40,807 bases of DNA from Nemertoderma westbladi. Lineage: Eukaryota; Animalia; Xenacoelomorpha. The notes beneath the pieces are model-generated. The model had not been told where the DNA came from, did no database searches, and saw only the letters and a list, made by a program, of their open reading frames with translations. The stretch covers positions 1 through 40,807 of the forward strand of contig JAUCBJ010006217.1 of the NCBI GenBank assembly GCA_032718475.1, in the 5' to 3' direction. The position numbers and the translations under genes were made by a program. Below are positions 1 to 11,999 of the stretch, in pieces. Positions within the stretch are counted from its first letter, which is position 1. Every line of letters begins with the position of its first letter.

Positions 1-450
1 TATGTATAGTACTGATGTACTGTACCGGTAGTCTGGTAGTAGGCCTGTGTATATCTGCATGTATATCTAGTAGGCCTTGATTCAGTAGTTTGTAGTTACC
101 ATACCGGTACAGCTCTCTATTACAGTATTATTATTATTATTCACACTAAATAAAAAAAAATTTCTAGGTAACAACAGGCAGACAGGTATCAACAAGTTCA
201 CCAATGTAGGCCTATTTCAGTATTTAGTAGTCAGTGGTAGGCCTACATCAGTACATACAGCAGTACAGTGACTTGATGTGGGTGGATAGGCTACCTGGCT
301 ACAGTCTACAGACAGACAGGTCAGCCTGTCAGCCGTACCGGTACTGTGCTATGCAGCTATACCTATGATATTTAGATTTACCTTGTCCCAAATTCCCCAG
401 TCTGCCAGTTTACCGCAGCTACCGGCAGACCGGTCCGGACCCGGCCAGAC

Positions 451-997
451 TGGAATCCATACACTTGCACTTTGCGCCGAATTAATCCGGCGCACTTTAC
501 AATAAAAGCGCGCCAATTGCCAATGTGGCGCGTGGGCGTGGCGCGCTCGAAAATCGTAAAGTGCGCCGGCTTTGGCATTTGGCGCGTGGCTCTCCCAAAA
601 AATAAAAACCGGCTCCAATTTGTTGGTTTAACAATTACGGAAAGTGCCTTAAAGATTGCATTAGCTGTTAAAAAATTTAGGCTCGCTTCGCTCGCCTTTC
701 TTTTTTCTGTCAGTCTGTATGGTTACAGGGTTAGGCAGTTAGGGCTACTGCTGAACGAACAGGGACATGTCTGCATGTACAGCTCTACAGCAGTACTGCA
801 GTACTGACATTGGCAGACTGGTTAGGTTACACTCCTTCTTGAGATTGCATTGGCGCGGCATTCTTCAATATTGTTTCACATGTGCGGCACGCTTAAAAAT
901 TTCGTTGGCGCAGGGTTTGCTTTGAAATTGCATCGGCGCGTGGCGTGCATAAAAATTGGTTGGCGCACTATCCGGCGCACTTTTTGGGTGGATTCCA
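451..997. mobile_element. Possible non-autonomous DNA transposon (MITE) remnant
   Basis: 9-bp inverted ends TGGAATCCA (451) / TGGATTCCA (989-997), many GGCGC/GCGCC motifs and a GGCTCGCTTCGCTCGCC motif at ~680. No TSD found. Confidence 0.35.
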
Positions 998-1551
998 TAC
1001 AGCTGTGCAGGGGTATCTGGCATCTGGGTATAGGCACTACTGCACTAGGCAGATAGTCTAGTTTAATTTCAATTTAAATAAATTAATTTAAATTTAGGCC
1101 TAAGTTAATACCGGTAGCGGTAGGCCTATATGTGTAGTGTAGTTTATGTACCGGCTGACCGGTACTATCTGACTATACTAAAATTTTCGATATTCAACAT
1201 GGCTCAAGGCTCAACTACAAAATACTGCAAAAATGTGTGCGAAATTGTGAAGTGTGATCAACATTATCATTTTGCTTTAAATTGAGTGGAACTAGACAGC
1301 TAGAGGCCCGTCTATTTCAGAGAGAAATTTCACTAAAAATAGCACTTCCACTACGTACCGGTACTGAACTGAATAAAAAATAGGCTCATAGCAATCGAAG
1401 TTACGATAGGCCTACCGGTATCGCTATCGATTTAGTTTAGTGGGGTTCTGGGGGTAGACACCTTCAAAACGTGACTAGCTGACTAGAGTCATTGGGTATT
1501 GCTGTATTGGGATAATTCCACTCAATTTAAAGATAAATGCAGAAATGATGT

Positions 1552-2801
1552 CAGTTAGGTACAATGGCCAAATCTGGCAACCTCAAAAGTTGCCACATAT
1601 GGCAATGTTTATTGCCAAATCTGGCAATTTTTGGTTTTTCTAATTTTCGCACGCCCAGAAGCAAAATCGCATTTTGGTAAATAGGTAAGTGAAAAGAGCG
1701 CGAAATTTAAATATAATTGACCGTATAAGAAAAAAAATCATCGTCTGAATTTCTCTTAGCAATAGGCCGAAATGTGCCTAAAATAATTATTGCCATTTTT
1801 GGCAACCATTAGAATTAAAGAAAAATAATGGTTGCCATTTTTGGCAACAATTACAGAATTATTATTGTGCAGCCCTGTCAGTTACTCTGTCCTGTCATTG
1901 TAGATTACTTCAAAATTGCTTACTGCTTGCTTACCCTTGTCGAGTTGTGATGATTTATAAACATTAGTCGACGAAATGTCAGAATGTAGGCCTATATCTG
2001 TATATGATATGTTGTTAAAAATGTTAATGGACAGATGGATGAGTATGTAACCAGGTAACAGATACCGTACTGGATAAAATTTGACAACGTGAACCTGAAC
2101 ATCACCACAAGGCGGCAAGGTGGCATTAAAGTTTGAGAAACGGTGTGACAGAAGAAAAATCGAATTTGTGTCGAAATTCAAAATTTAGAAAGACTGAGAA
2201 AACCAAAACGCGTGTTAAGAGATTCAACCAAATTGTTTCTAGTAAGCGTAGGCCCTAATGAAAAACGGGATGAAATTATTTTCATTATATGTCTTTATGC
2301 TGTTATGTAGGAATGGTACTGAATGGAAATATAGATATACTGAACTGTGAGTGAAGGATGATTTAGATTGCAGGGCAATTGTGTCAGCATTACACAGTCA
2401 GACAGTTACAATCTTTAACTATTATTGCAGTATTGGTACAAACAACACTCAAACACCTCCCCAAGCAGCGCCAGAGATTACTAGCAATAATAAACTATCA
2501 CCAGTCAGTCTGTGTTTGTGTTATTGATACTCATTCAGTCATTCTCACCTTACGCCTTATATACGATTTATTAGGATATATTGCTGTATTGCAGTATTGG
2601 TTGTTGGTTAGAACTTAGAATACTGGAATATGCCACTACCGGTATAAGTATAACCTGGCCCTTACTGCCAAGTTGCCAAATATGGCAACAATGGCTTTAT
2701 ATAGTTGCCAAATGAGGCAATCAGAAATGTTGCCAGGTTTTGCTTGGTTGCCAAATATGGCAATCACAATCATTGCCAGATTTGGCCATTGTACCTAACT
2801 G
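1552..2801. mobile_element. Non-autonomous TIR element (MITE), 1250 bp
   Basis: Perfect 29-bp TIRs CAGTTAGGTACAATGGCCAAATCTGGCAA (1552-1580; 2773-2801 reverse complement). 5-bp TSD GATGT (1547-1551; 2802-2806). Repeated palindromes RTTGCCA-N4-TGGCAAY. Confidence 0.9.
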
Positions 2802-2981
2802 GATGTTGATAAATAGATCACACAATTTCACACCAGTAGGCCTACATGTTTTTGCAATATTTTGTAGTTGAGCTGAGTTGAATATCAAATTTTTTGGGCC
2901 ACCCTAACTGTCAACGCTCGTGACTATTTTGTACTACAGGTATTTTAACAGACTGTCACTTTTGAAATTTAAACTTTTAAA

Positions 2982-5429
2982 ATGCTTATTTGCATTCATT
3001 GCCCACTTCAGTTTAGAAACATTCATTCATACCGGGAGCACCTGAGAACATTTCATAGATTGCGGATTTTTTCACAAATAAAACAAATTGTATGCGGCCA
3101 AGAAGGTTGCAATCTCGATTTTTATACATTCTCTACTTTGAGTCGTCATATTAAAGCAAAGCACCCCAGTTTACTATCTTCCCATTCCATGTCAAATATC
3201 AGTGCCGGTTGCAGTACTAATCATGAAACTGAAACTCATGTAATTACTGATGATGTTCCAGAAGGTGATACCGGTATTGCAGATGCAACGACTGTGGAGG
3301 TTGAACCAAATCCAACTGAGCAATTAAAGGATCTAATAAATAAAAAAACCATAACATTTTCGGGGAAACGCATTAATGCTGATGCACTTTTGTTTATTTC
3401 AAGTCTAAGGGGTAATGCAGTAATACCTTCAATTGCAACGATTGACATTATAACTTCAGTCGAAAACTATTTTTTGGTACCTTTAAGGCTTGTTTTGAAT
3501 TGTTTGACTCATTTATCGCATAATAATAATAATTTTGATGATTTGAATGTCCTAATTGAGGCACTGAAATTGTACTCTAATGCTTTTGAATACTTGAAGT
3601 CTGAATATCGGCAGTCAAAATTATTGCAGGAGCTGAATTGCTACTTCCCTCCTATCAAATATATAATCAACCAGTCTATGCAAGCCACTATTCAGCACGG
3701 CTTCCCAAACAGTGTAATGTATGAGTCAAAGCTTCTGTGTGGATTCTACATCCCAGTCAAAGCTTTGTTTCATAGGTTTCTGTCACTTCCTGGTGTATTC
3801 AACACAATGCTGACATACCTTAACTCATCCGCTGATGGATTACGTGACTTTATAGATGGTGAATTATGGCAGACTAACAAAACATTGATCTTGCATAAAA
3901 ACTCCCCAAATACAGTTGTTATTCCAATTTTTATTTATCATGATGATGTTGAGGTTGCAAATCCCCTGGGTTCAAAGGCTACAATTCATAAAATTAGTGA
4001 TGTATTTTTGGTTAATAAAGCACTGCCTCCAAGATTTAATTCAAGATTATCCAACCTTCTCCTAATTTTAATGCATTATGCTTCAGATAGGCAGCAGTTC
4101 GGAAATGAGGCGACGTTTTCAGTACTCATCCAGCTTTTTGGTGACTTAGAGTCCCATGGTTTTGAATTCATTCACAATCAGACAACATACAATATTTATA
4201 TAGTTTTAGCTCAAGTTATTGGTGACAATCTTGCATTAAATTCATTATTGGGATATATAGAATCTTTCACAGGTAACTACCCATGCCGTAGGTGTAAATG
4301 TCACAGAAATGCTTTTGTAAATACATTATTTGAAGATACCACAATCCTCCGTTGTGTTGCTGATTATATGAATGATTTGAGTATTTGTGACCCTTCTGTA
4401 ACAGGATTAAAAGAAGAATGTTGCCTCAATGCGTTACCATCATTTCATGTTTATGAGAATTATACATTTGATATTATGCATGACTGCTTAGAAGGTATAT
4501 GTGATTATGTTTTATCCAAATGTTTCTTTGAGTTAATATTTAAGAAAGAATATTTTACTACAAATGACCTAAATAGACGCATAAAGTCGTTTTGTTTTGA
4601 TCACTCTTCAGTTCCACCATTTTTTGATGAGGCAAAACTGAAAAAATTTAAATTAAACTTGAGTGCTGTGCAAATGCTAAATTTGACACTTGGTTTGCCA
4701 CTGCTTATTGGTGATTTTGTTCCTACAGATAATGCTATTTGGTCAGTTTTTCTGAAACTACGAGAAGTGCTACTCAATTGCATGGCCCCAAGCTTCTCAG
4801 AACCCGATTTAAAATTGCTTTCAGTGCTTATCGCCGAATTTCTTGATTTATATATTTCAGTTTTTCAACTTGACAGGCTCCAACTAAAATTTCACAATTT
4901 AATACATTACCCTTCGTCAATTCGTAAAGTTGGCCCTTTATTATGGACATGGTGTATGCGTTGTGAAGCAAAACATCGGGACTTGAAAAGGACATCCTCA
5001 GTAGTATGTTGCTTTAAAAACATTATCAAAACGTTATCGAAACGACACCAGATGTCTCAGGCTTATAAGATTCATAGTGGAATTGACATTGGTGCATCCG
5101 ATGAGATTAAATGTAAATCCCCAAGTTCATCAATTTTAGCAAAGTTTCAGAACTGTATTTCTTTAAGTGAGCATTTGGGCAATTATGGAATCTACAAGGA
5201 AATTCTTACTTGTGAAGGCATCGAAATACGCTGCATTTTATATCTAATCGGCCATGCTCTATGTCTTGGCTTTACCAATGACATCTTTGCTTTTCCCATT
5301 TTTTTTCGTATCGATCATATATTTATAACTTCTGAGGGGGACTTTAGACTGGTGTGTTCAAGACTTGAGACTATTGATTTCGATCACCACCTTCAGTCGT
5401 ATCTTGTTGAGACTGCCAATGAAACATAA
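2982..5429 (+). CDS. EnSpm/CACTA (CMC)-type DDE transposase with N-terminal C2H2 zinc fingers
   Basis: 815-aa ORF with motifs typical of animal EnSpm transposases: IFIYHDDVEVANPLGSK, GDNLALNSLLGYIESF..YPCRRC, DIMHDCLEG, KFHNLIHYP..I.KVGPL..WCMRCEAKH. The frame stays open past the TAA to 5531. Confidence 0.85.
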   Translation: MLICIHCPLQFRNIHSYREHLRTFHRLRIFSQIKQIVCGQEGCNLDFYTFSTLSRHIKAKHPSLLSSHSMSNISAGCSTNHETETHVITDDVPEGDTGIADATTVEVEPNPTEQLKDLINKKTITFSGKRINADALLFISSLRGNAVIPSIATIDIITSVENYFLVPLRLVLNCLTHLSHNNNNFDDLNVLIEALKLYSNAFEYLKSEYRQSKLLQELNCYFPPIKYIINQSMQATIQHGFPNSVMYESKLLCGFYIPVKALFHRFLSLPGVFNTMLTYLNSSADGLRDFIDGELWQTNKTLILHKNSPNTVVIPIFIYHDDVEVANPLGSKATIHKISDVFLVNKALPPRFNSRLSNLLLILMHYASDRQQFGNEATFSVLIQLFGDLESHGFEFIHNQTTYNIYIVLAQVIGDNLALNSLLGYIESFTGNYPCRRCKCHRNAFVNTLFEDTTILRCVADYMNDLSICDPSVTGLKEECCLNALPSFHVYENYTFDIMHDCLEGICDYVLSKCFFELIFKKEYFTTNDLNRRIKSFCFDHSSVPPFFDEAKLKKFKLNLSAVQMLNLTLGLPLLIGDFVPTDNAIWSVFLKLREVLLNCMAPSFSEPDLKLLSVLIAEFLDLYISVFQLDRLQLKFHNLIHYPSSIRKVGPLLWTWCMRCEAKHRDLKRTSSVVCCFKNIIKTLSKRHQMSQAYKIHSGIDIGASDEIKCKSPSSSILAKFQNCISLSEHLGNYGIYKEILTCEGIEIRCILYLIGHALCLGFTNDIFAFPIFFRIDHIFITSEGDFRLVCSRLETIDFDHHLQSYLVETANET

Positions 5430-5691
5430 ATTTTTGTGATTGATGACATTGACAGGATAATTAGCCCATGGCCTTTAAATATAAGAAAACTAAATCAAAA
5501 TAACTTTGTTTCATTGAGGCACCGTTTTTGATTTGTAAAAGGTACCAGTACTATGTTAATGTATGTACACTTAACATCACTTTGCTTTCAAACTGTGTAT
5601 AGCCTATATAGTTGCATTATTGGTACCGGTAATTGATAAATGTTTCAATTGGATTAGATCTCTGTTTGTTATATGATATAATAAGATACAT

Positions 5692-7254
5692 TTGAAAATG
5701 AAAGATTTAAGAGGATTTCTAAGAGGATATTGCAAAGAATGTGGTGAAGATGAGTGCTTCGACTATATAAAACCTGTTGATGATACAGCAAGCCAAAACT
5801 GTACATATTGCCAATGCCCCCCTACAAAGCACATTAAGCAAATATTACATGTTAGTTCGCCTGATAGTGATGTTACTGGTTCTTCAATTCTTAACCATGG
5901 TCCTGAGACCAATATGGGACTTTCTGTTGATATAAGCAATGTCTCCAGCTTTGAGCTTCCATTAGAAGCTAGCACCCCATGTGGTAAGAGCTCCAATGAC
6001 GGGGCATCGAAACAACCTTCTGCTGAATATGAAAATATCAACACTCTGTCAAGATCAACATATACCGGTAGCGATTGTGAATCATCAAAGTTGCATCAAT
6101 ATCTAAAAACCTGTTCTGAAGGACGTGAGTTATTAAAGAGATGTGATTTAGCTCTAGGTGAATCCCAGAGAAATGTCCTAGTTTCTTTAGCAATTAGAAA
6201 TGCGATGGATAATGACGACAGCCTTACACTCGATACCTTGGAGAGAATTGCTATTCAAATATCTCAACTCTTTACAAAGGAACATAAAGAGACTTACTTT
6301 TTCAAAAAGGCGGTTATCAAAAAGAACGGTGAGAAATCGTATGAAACACAAGTCCCATATGGAAAGTTGTACAACCGGTTCGTCACTGTAAAAAAGCGAG
6401 TTAGGTGTATTAATAAAATCGAAGATGGTGCCGCCAAGAAACATCAAGCTGTATCAAAAACGTCTACTGCTTTTACGGAATTTAGTTTGAAAGATCTATT
6501 TAAGGAAGCTGAGGATGATGTTAAGTTCATGGTCTACAATGGGTACAATTCTCAAAGGCACAAGAATACTTCAGTATATCGTGTAGTTGGGTTTCAGCGT
6601 GATGTATTGGAGCTGAAAAATTTCCCATATATGATGGACAATTCTTTCATATATGACTGCATAACGTATGATTTCTCTACGCTTCTGCAAGTTCGTGGGT
6701 GGAAAAATGTAAACACTAACGTTTTATTTGAATGCTCCTTTATTGATCTATGTCGATGTTTACTGCAGTCGTCCAAAGTAGATTGTGATGGTTTATCTGA
6801 TGACGCTTTGGTGAAACGTGGTCTGCTACATCTTCCAGCAAAGCTTTGTAATAAAGTGACCGTTCGCGTTAAGGGGTCGGGGAGGCGATTTTGGCGGCCG
6901 TCTATTGCTGATGCTGCAGAATCCTTTGTTATGGCAGCGAAGGACCATGCAGAAATGGACACGAAAATAAATGATATGGCTACAAAATATCTGGATAAAG
7001 ATCTTAAAATCAACCCGTTTGTTGTGTACCACTTAGATAGTGAGCAGGCGACTGTCATATACAACGACCAACGTTTTATTCGCCCGTCGGTTGTTCAAGC
7101 TGTTGATCTAGCTTTCAAACTGGCGCATGTGTTTCATCTCGAATACCAATCAGCTTGTCTTCCAGTTTGGCTCTTCTTAGAACAGTTATTTGGGATACCG
7201 GCGAGTGGAATATCCTCGAAAGTATCAAGCCTCTTGTCTGATATTGGAATGTAA
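5692..7254 (+). CDS. EnSpm/CACTA accessory protein (ORF2)
   Basis: 520-aa intronless ORF co-oriented just downstream of the transposase. Cys/His-rich N-terminus. The C-terminal AVDLAFKLAHVFHLEY...WLFLEQ motif resembles second ORFs of animal EnSpm elements. Confidence 0.7.
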   Translation: MKMKDLRGFLRGYCKECGEDECFDYIKPVDDTASQNCTYCQCPPTKHIKQILHVSSPDSDVTGSSILNHGPETNMGLSVDISNVSSFELPLEASTPCGKSSNDGASKQPSAEYENINTLSRSTYTGSDCESSKLHQYLKTCSEGRELLKRCDLALGESQRNVLVSLAIRNAMDNDDSLTLDTLERIAIQISQLFTKEHKETYFFKKAVIKKNGEKSYETQVPYGKLYNRFVTVKKRVRCINKIEDGAAKKHQAVSKTSTAFTEFSLKDLFKEAEDDVKFMVYNGYNSQRHKNTSVYRVVGFQRDVLELKNFPYMMDNSFIYDCITYDFSTLLQVRGWKNVNTNVLFECSFIDLCRCLLQSSKVDCDGLSDDALVKRGLLHLPAKLCNKVTVRVKGSGRRFWRPSIADAAESFVMAAKDHAEMDTKINDMATKYLDKDLKINPFVVYHLDSEQATVIYNDQRFIRPSVVQAVDLAFKLAHVFHLEYQSACLPVWLFLEQLFGIPASGISSKVSSLLSDIGM

Positions 7255-8713
7255 ACAATATATGGTATCTGAATGTTCCACGTTTTAGTTTTCGCTATTT
7301 TAGTTTCCACGTATAACCACTTTTATATATCACTTTTGCTTCCACAATTTCTCATGCTGTGATTTATCATGGCGCATTTTCTGCACCACAATTTTTTTAA
7401 ATTAAATTTAATTGCGCATTAATTATTTTTATCAATAGTTCACAATAATATCAATATTCTAGAACATCGAATTATGGTACATTGAAGTTAATGAAGTATC
7501 GTTTTACAAAAACTGTGGTACCGGTACAGAAAACATGACACAATTTATCATGGCACTAAATCACGCCATGAGAAATCACGCTCACCGGAAATTGTGGCAG
7601 CAATGTGGTCTATATATTTCATTGAATACTGAAATGGTTGTTACGCATAGTTAACTCAAATATATACTTCCACTGTGCTACATTAAAATTAAATTGTAAA
7701 ATGTGTATCATATTTGAATATGAAAATGTGTAAATTGAAATCTGTATATAAAATGTGCTATTATAACATAATACCGAAAATATTATCAATAATTATAGTA
7801 AATGTTTTTTTATGTTTTTCAAATATAATCTACCCTAGTTTTATATACATTTTTTATTGGGTATTATTACAATATTGGCAAATTACGTAGACATCTAGGT
7901 AGTTTGACTACACAGATTATTATGCAGATTAATAAGTCAGCTGGTGAGGTTACCTAAATAATTTTGCATAATAACTCGATAATCTAGGTATTTTACCAAG
8001 ATTACCTAGTTAGTTCAAATGACAAGATAATCTAGTCAATCTGCCATGGTATCTTTCAGCACAATATTGGATGGATTATCGTGTCAGTCTCTTAATTTTT
8101 TTTGGCAGTTTGCAAAGATAGTTTTTTGAGTGTGCTGCATTTTTAAATTTTGGATGAAAATTACAAGTGTTGCCATAACTCGAGAACGAAACTACTCAAA
8201 TCAAAAACTAATTTCAGATCCGGAATTACCATAAAATTTAACAACGGAATACTCTTTAAAAAAAATAAAAAAAGATTGGGCGTAACCCGAGTAGCTAAAT
8301 GAGTACGGTACTGGAGTTTCCTCTGGGGAGTATATATAGTTCTGTGGGGACCGCACGGGAAATAAGTCGTCAGACTATCGCGTAATCCCTGGCGTAGCGG
8401 CCGAAGAAAACTTTACTTTTATTTAAGAATACAAGTGATACAACTCAAGCACTGAGCTCGACCTCGTGCGCTACTAAGTAAGGTTAACAAAACACTACCG
8501 ATACTAAAAAAAACACTACTGGTACTTCTCTTTAAACTACACTATTTAGTCATACCAACGCCGTCCAGGAGTGATTCAATTAATACCGTTGAACATGATA
8601 GAACATACGTACGAAGTCACCCAGCCATTTACGAAATCTCAGGTAGACATAGACCAGCCGCCCACATTCCGTACATTTCTATTTCCACTAAATAAAATAT
8701 AAAATAATCGTAC

Positions 8714-10432
8714 CTTTAGGGTCAGTGACGTCACGAAGTCTTATGTTATCCAGATCGTAGGGAGTGCGAGAAAGAGAGACCATCCAGGACTCTGGGGTCT
8801 CCAGTGTCATCGTCAACAACGACTTCTCTGGGAGGCCAACAAACCGAGCAGACGGACCAGCTGAGGCAGCACCGTCGTCACGGAAACGTAACTCTGACTC
8901 CAACACGTAGCGGTAGAAGGTCTTTAACGGAATCTCCGACCATTTCTCGGCGGGGTTGAGAACGAGAATGATGTCGATGTTAATCACGTCATGGAGAGCC
9001 TCGAGGATGGGAACAACCCTCTGGGCGTCCCGGGACAGCGGGTCCAATACCAGGACCACATCGTGAGCCGGAGATGCGGCATCGCGTCGGGGGATAGGGA
9101 TCGCGGCGGGGATCAACTCCCGGGGGAAGCGGACGGACTCCCGGAGGTCGGCGCGTTGGTGACGGGATAGCAACGCGCACGCCGCCATAACGGCGTCGCT
9201 GCGGGCGGCAGGGTCCGCTAACGAGGGTAGACCCGCGAGGGACTCAGACACCGCGCCGCCGCACGAACCCAGCGAGAGCTTCTCCAATAGCATAAAATCC
9301 TGAGTGAGGAATGGCCGCAACAGGGGACCCAACTTCCAACCGTTAACCACAACAGCCGACTCGCCTGGGTTCAACCTCATAACAGTGGAAGAAAAGTCCA
9401 TATGCAGCTGGAATGCAGCGGATAATTCCAAACTCGACAACATTTCGACAACAGAATCTTTACTTATTGCACTGGGTAGGATGTCAAACAGCTGTTTACT
9501 CTGTGAATGAATCTCCAGTAGATTATCTTCGTTCATAAGTTTCTGTATAGCGATTCTCGACGCGCTCTGTCCCGCAACTCCACCAGTTTTTACTCTCAGC
9601 AAACTCTCGCAGACGGCAGCTACACTGGTAATCCCCCGAGGGACCACACCAGCTCCGGGGTTGTGGATTACAGCAAGCCGCGCCATCCGCGACGACTTTA
9701 TATGGGCGAGCGCGGCGGCTAGCACAGCGCGGCCCTCCGCCGCGTCCAGGTCTGCGACCACCCACAAGGTGACGGGTCGCACTGCGTCCGCTCCCTTGGC
9801 GAGGTACCGCAGACTCGACCGCAGTGCGGCATGCTGCTGCCCCTCCCCCAGGTACTCCCGTGTCCCGCGCAGGATAACCTCGTTGAGTCGGGGCACCACA
9901 TTGTTCTGCTCCATCAGGTGATCCAACAGGTTGGTTGAGTCAGTGACGTCGCCAGCCACCACCCACTGCTGCCACGAGTTGGTAGAGGTAAACACACTGC
10001 CTACTATTGACTGTTCTAGAAGGTCAGAATTCCCCAATGTTTCTGGCTCCACTGGAACTCCATTGAATAGAACTTGAGGAGTGGATTCCAATCCCGAAGT
10101 AGCAATGAATTCCGCAGCTGACTCCAACTCGGGCCATTGTGAACCGTCTATGTCTCCAAGATCGTCGCTGTATTGAGTAGCAAACGTAGTTTCCAAAAAT
10201 GTAGCATCGGAGTGGACAGATTTAAGAATGCGATGAAGTTTATGTAAAGCTGGCAATCCGCCCTTTTCGCGATACTCTTTCATTACGATTCGGGGAATAC
10301 CGATAGATGGATCTAGGGTTGCTTGTACGCTAGCTCCGCTGTTACTGTCGCTTGTTGCTAGAACTATTCCTAATCGTATTGGAATGTTGTTGTTGGCTAA
10401 AGACATCATAAAGTCCACTAATTCGTAAGCCC
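8714..10432 (-). CDS. UGGT: UDP-glucose:glycoprotein glucosyltransferase, coding exon 3
   Basis: IPIRLG, PQVLFNG, VRPVTLWVVADLD, DPLSRDAQR, KTFYRYVLESEL, PESWMV..YDLDNI match UGGT. Acceptor AG at 10434-10433 and donor GT at 8713-8712 (both phase 1). Confidence 0.92.
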
Positions 10433-11189
10433 CTGAATAAAATTAGATTACGATTATTTTATGGCCATCAATTTTATTGTTAAAAGAAAGGAACACAAAA
10501 CAAAATAGAAATACAAAAAAATTATAAATTCATACAGACAAGGGGGGGGGGGGGGGGGGGGTTGTCGTTTCAGAACTCCGTAAACGTTGTAGCAAGTTTG
10601 TATGGATTAGTGTGTTCAAATGGATTACAATTGCAAATAATGGGATCCCGCAGAATAAAAACAACAAAGATGCATATCATAATTATTGTGTCGGAATCTC
10701 GCAGTTAGAATGGTGAACGGATATTGACAATGATTTCATCCTTAAATTGAAGCTAATTGAGTATCAGTTTCATCTCGGGGGAGGGGGATGGCAATAAGTC
10801 GTTATAATGTGCTTAATTTAATAACTGACATAACGGCCCAAGAAAACTCACTGTTTTGGCTTTTACTTAACAATTTATATCCATGTAAAGGATCCAATAA
10901 TTCACTATCAATTGACCTCATTATCATTTCGTTCACATATTGTATGATTATATTCACATCACACCAATATTTCTGTGAAATAAAGTGACATGAAGTCGAA
11001 CTAAAACAGCTACAACTGTAGGCTGTTTATGGCGGCCGTTTAATCGAGTTTAAATAAAGTTCTTGAATCTTGAAAAAAAATAACATCCAACTCTTGAATT
11101 ATTGTAACAATGATGAACCTATTACTTAGGAAAATGAACGGAGGGGCAAGCCCCTTGAAATGCATTGGTTATAGGTTCAGCCCCACCCG

Positions 11190-11250
11190 GCTCCATTCAG
11201 CCTTTCATCCCATGGGGTGGACAAATTGAGGACCAGTTTAATTACTGGGT
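11190..11250 (+). mobile_element. Deu/Nin-domain SINE fragment in UGGT intron 2
   Basis: TCAGCCTTTCATCCCATGGGGTGGACAAATTGAGGACCAG resembles the conserved DeuSINE/Nin central motif (from memory: TCAGCCTTTCATCC..GGGGTCGATAAAATGAGTACC). Confidence 0.55.
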
Positions 11251-11419
11251 GCAAAACAAGGGATAGGGGTAATGCGAATCGGGTAGGAACCTACAACCTA
11301 CCGAGAGAGGAGCCTTCGGGTAGCCTCCGGTTTCGGCCGATTGTTTGCTTGGACAATGTTATAAAATAAAATTAAAAAATTAAGGCAAATTGAAAATACT
11401 AAACTAAGCGATAGAATAC

Positions 11420-11999
11420 CTTTATCGTTAGTCGGGTTAACAAGTAGAACGAGGTGGTGGAGATTCTTGCGAATGTGTCGTAGCACTCCGGGGAAGGTTG
11501 GTCGCAGGAGATCCCGCACCGAGGAAGGCCAATCCCGGTACAGGCGATCCGTCTCGAGATCATTGATCCACAGGATCCCCGGGTGTCGGATATCCAGTGC
11601 GTATTCGAATCCCTGCGAGACCACCGGGACCCGTAGCAGAGTCTGCAGCAATGCTGACTGGTCTACCGTGAGTCCCAGCAGGTTGGTTAGTCCGTGGATT
11701 AATTTAGTCTCGTCGTTGAGTAGAGACAACAATACGAACGGATCCAGTGTGTCTATGTTAATGGCCAACCCGTTAATGAACAGAGCCGAGGATGAGTGAG
11801 GTTGGAGAAGGTTCTCGTAACTTTTAAACGTCGTTTTTATCTTTTCGACGAAGGAGTTTTCAAGGCGAATATCAGCTAGAGAGTGAGAGAGGCGGGGGAA
11901 GTTGCCGCTGATGTTTTTGAGTGTGGCCAAGGCTATGGAGGCATCAACGCCAACTACAAACTGAGAAGCTTGATAGCTCAGACTCTGTATTTGCCACAC
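11420..11999 (-). CDS. UGGT: UGGT coding exon 2
   Basis: VWQIQSLSYQASQ, LFING, WINDLETDRLYRDWPSSVRDLLRPTFPGVLRHIRKNL. Acceptor at 12001-12000 (phase 0) and donor GTATTC at 11419 (phase 1). Joins in frame to both neighbours. Confidence 0.92.

Larger units (their letters stand above)
2982..8134 (+). mobile_element. EnSpm/CACTA-like DNA transposon inside UGGT intron 3; right end ~8134, left end not found
   Basis: Two ORFs as above. Ends in ...GTTTTTTGAGTGTG (reverse complement CACACTCAAAAAAC, a CAC-type terminus). Clustered subterminal ATCTAG/TACCTAG motifs at ~7890-8040. Confidence 0.7.

Noticed and set aside
142-170. CACACTAAATAAAAA as the left TIR of the EnSpm element
   Set aside because: Only the first 6 nt and an A-run match the 8134 end, and the flanks show no TSD.
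349-2618. Short ORFs in the first 2.6 kb as further UGGT exons or genes
   Set aside because: No UGGT motifs (e.g. LLEGHC, GHLYER), and most overlap MITE sequence.
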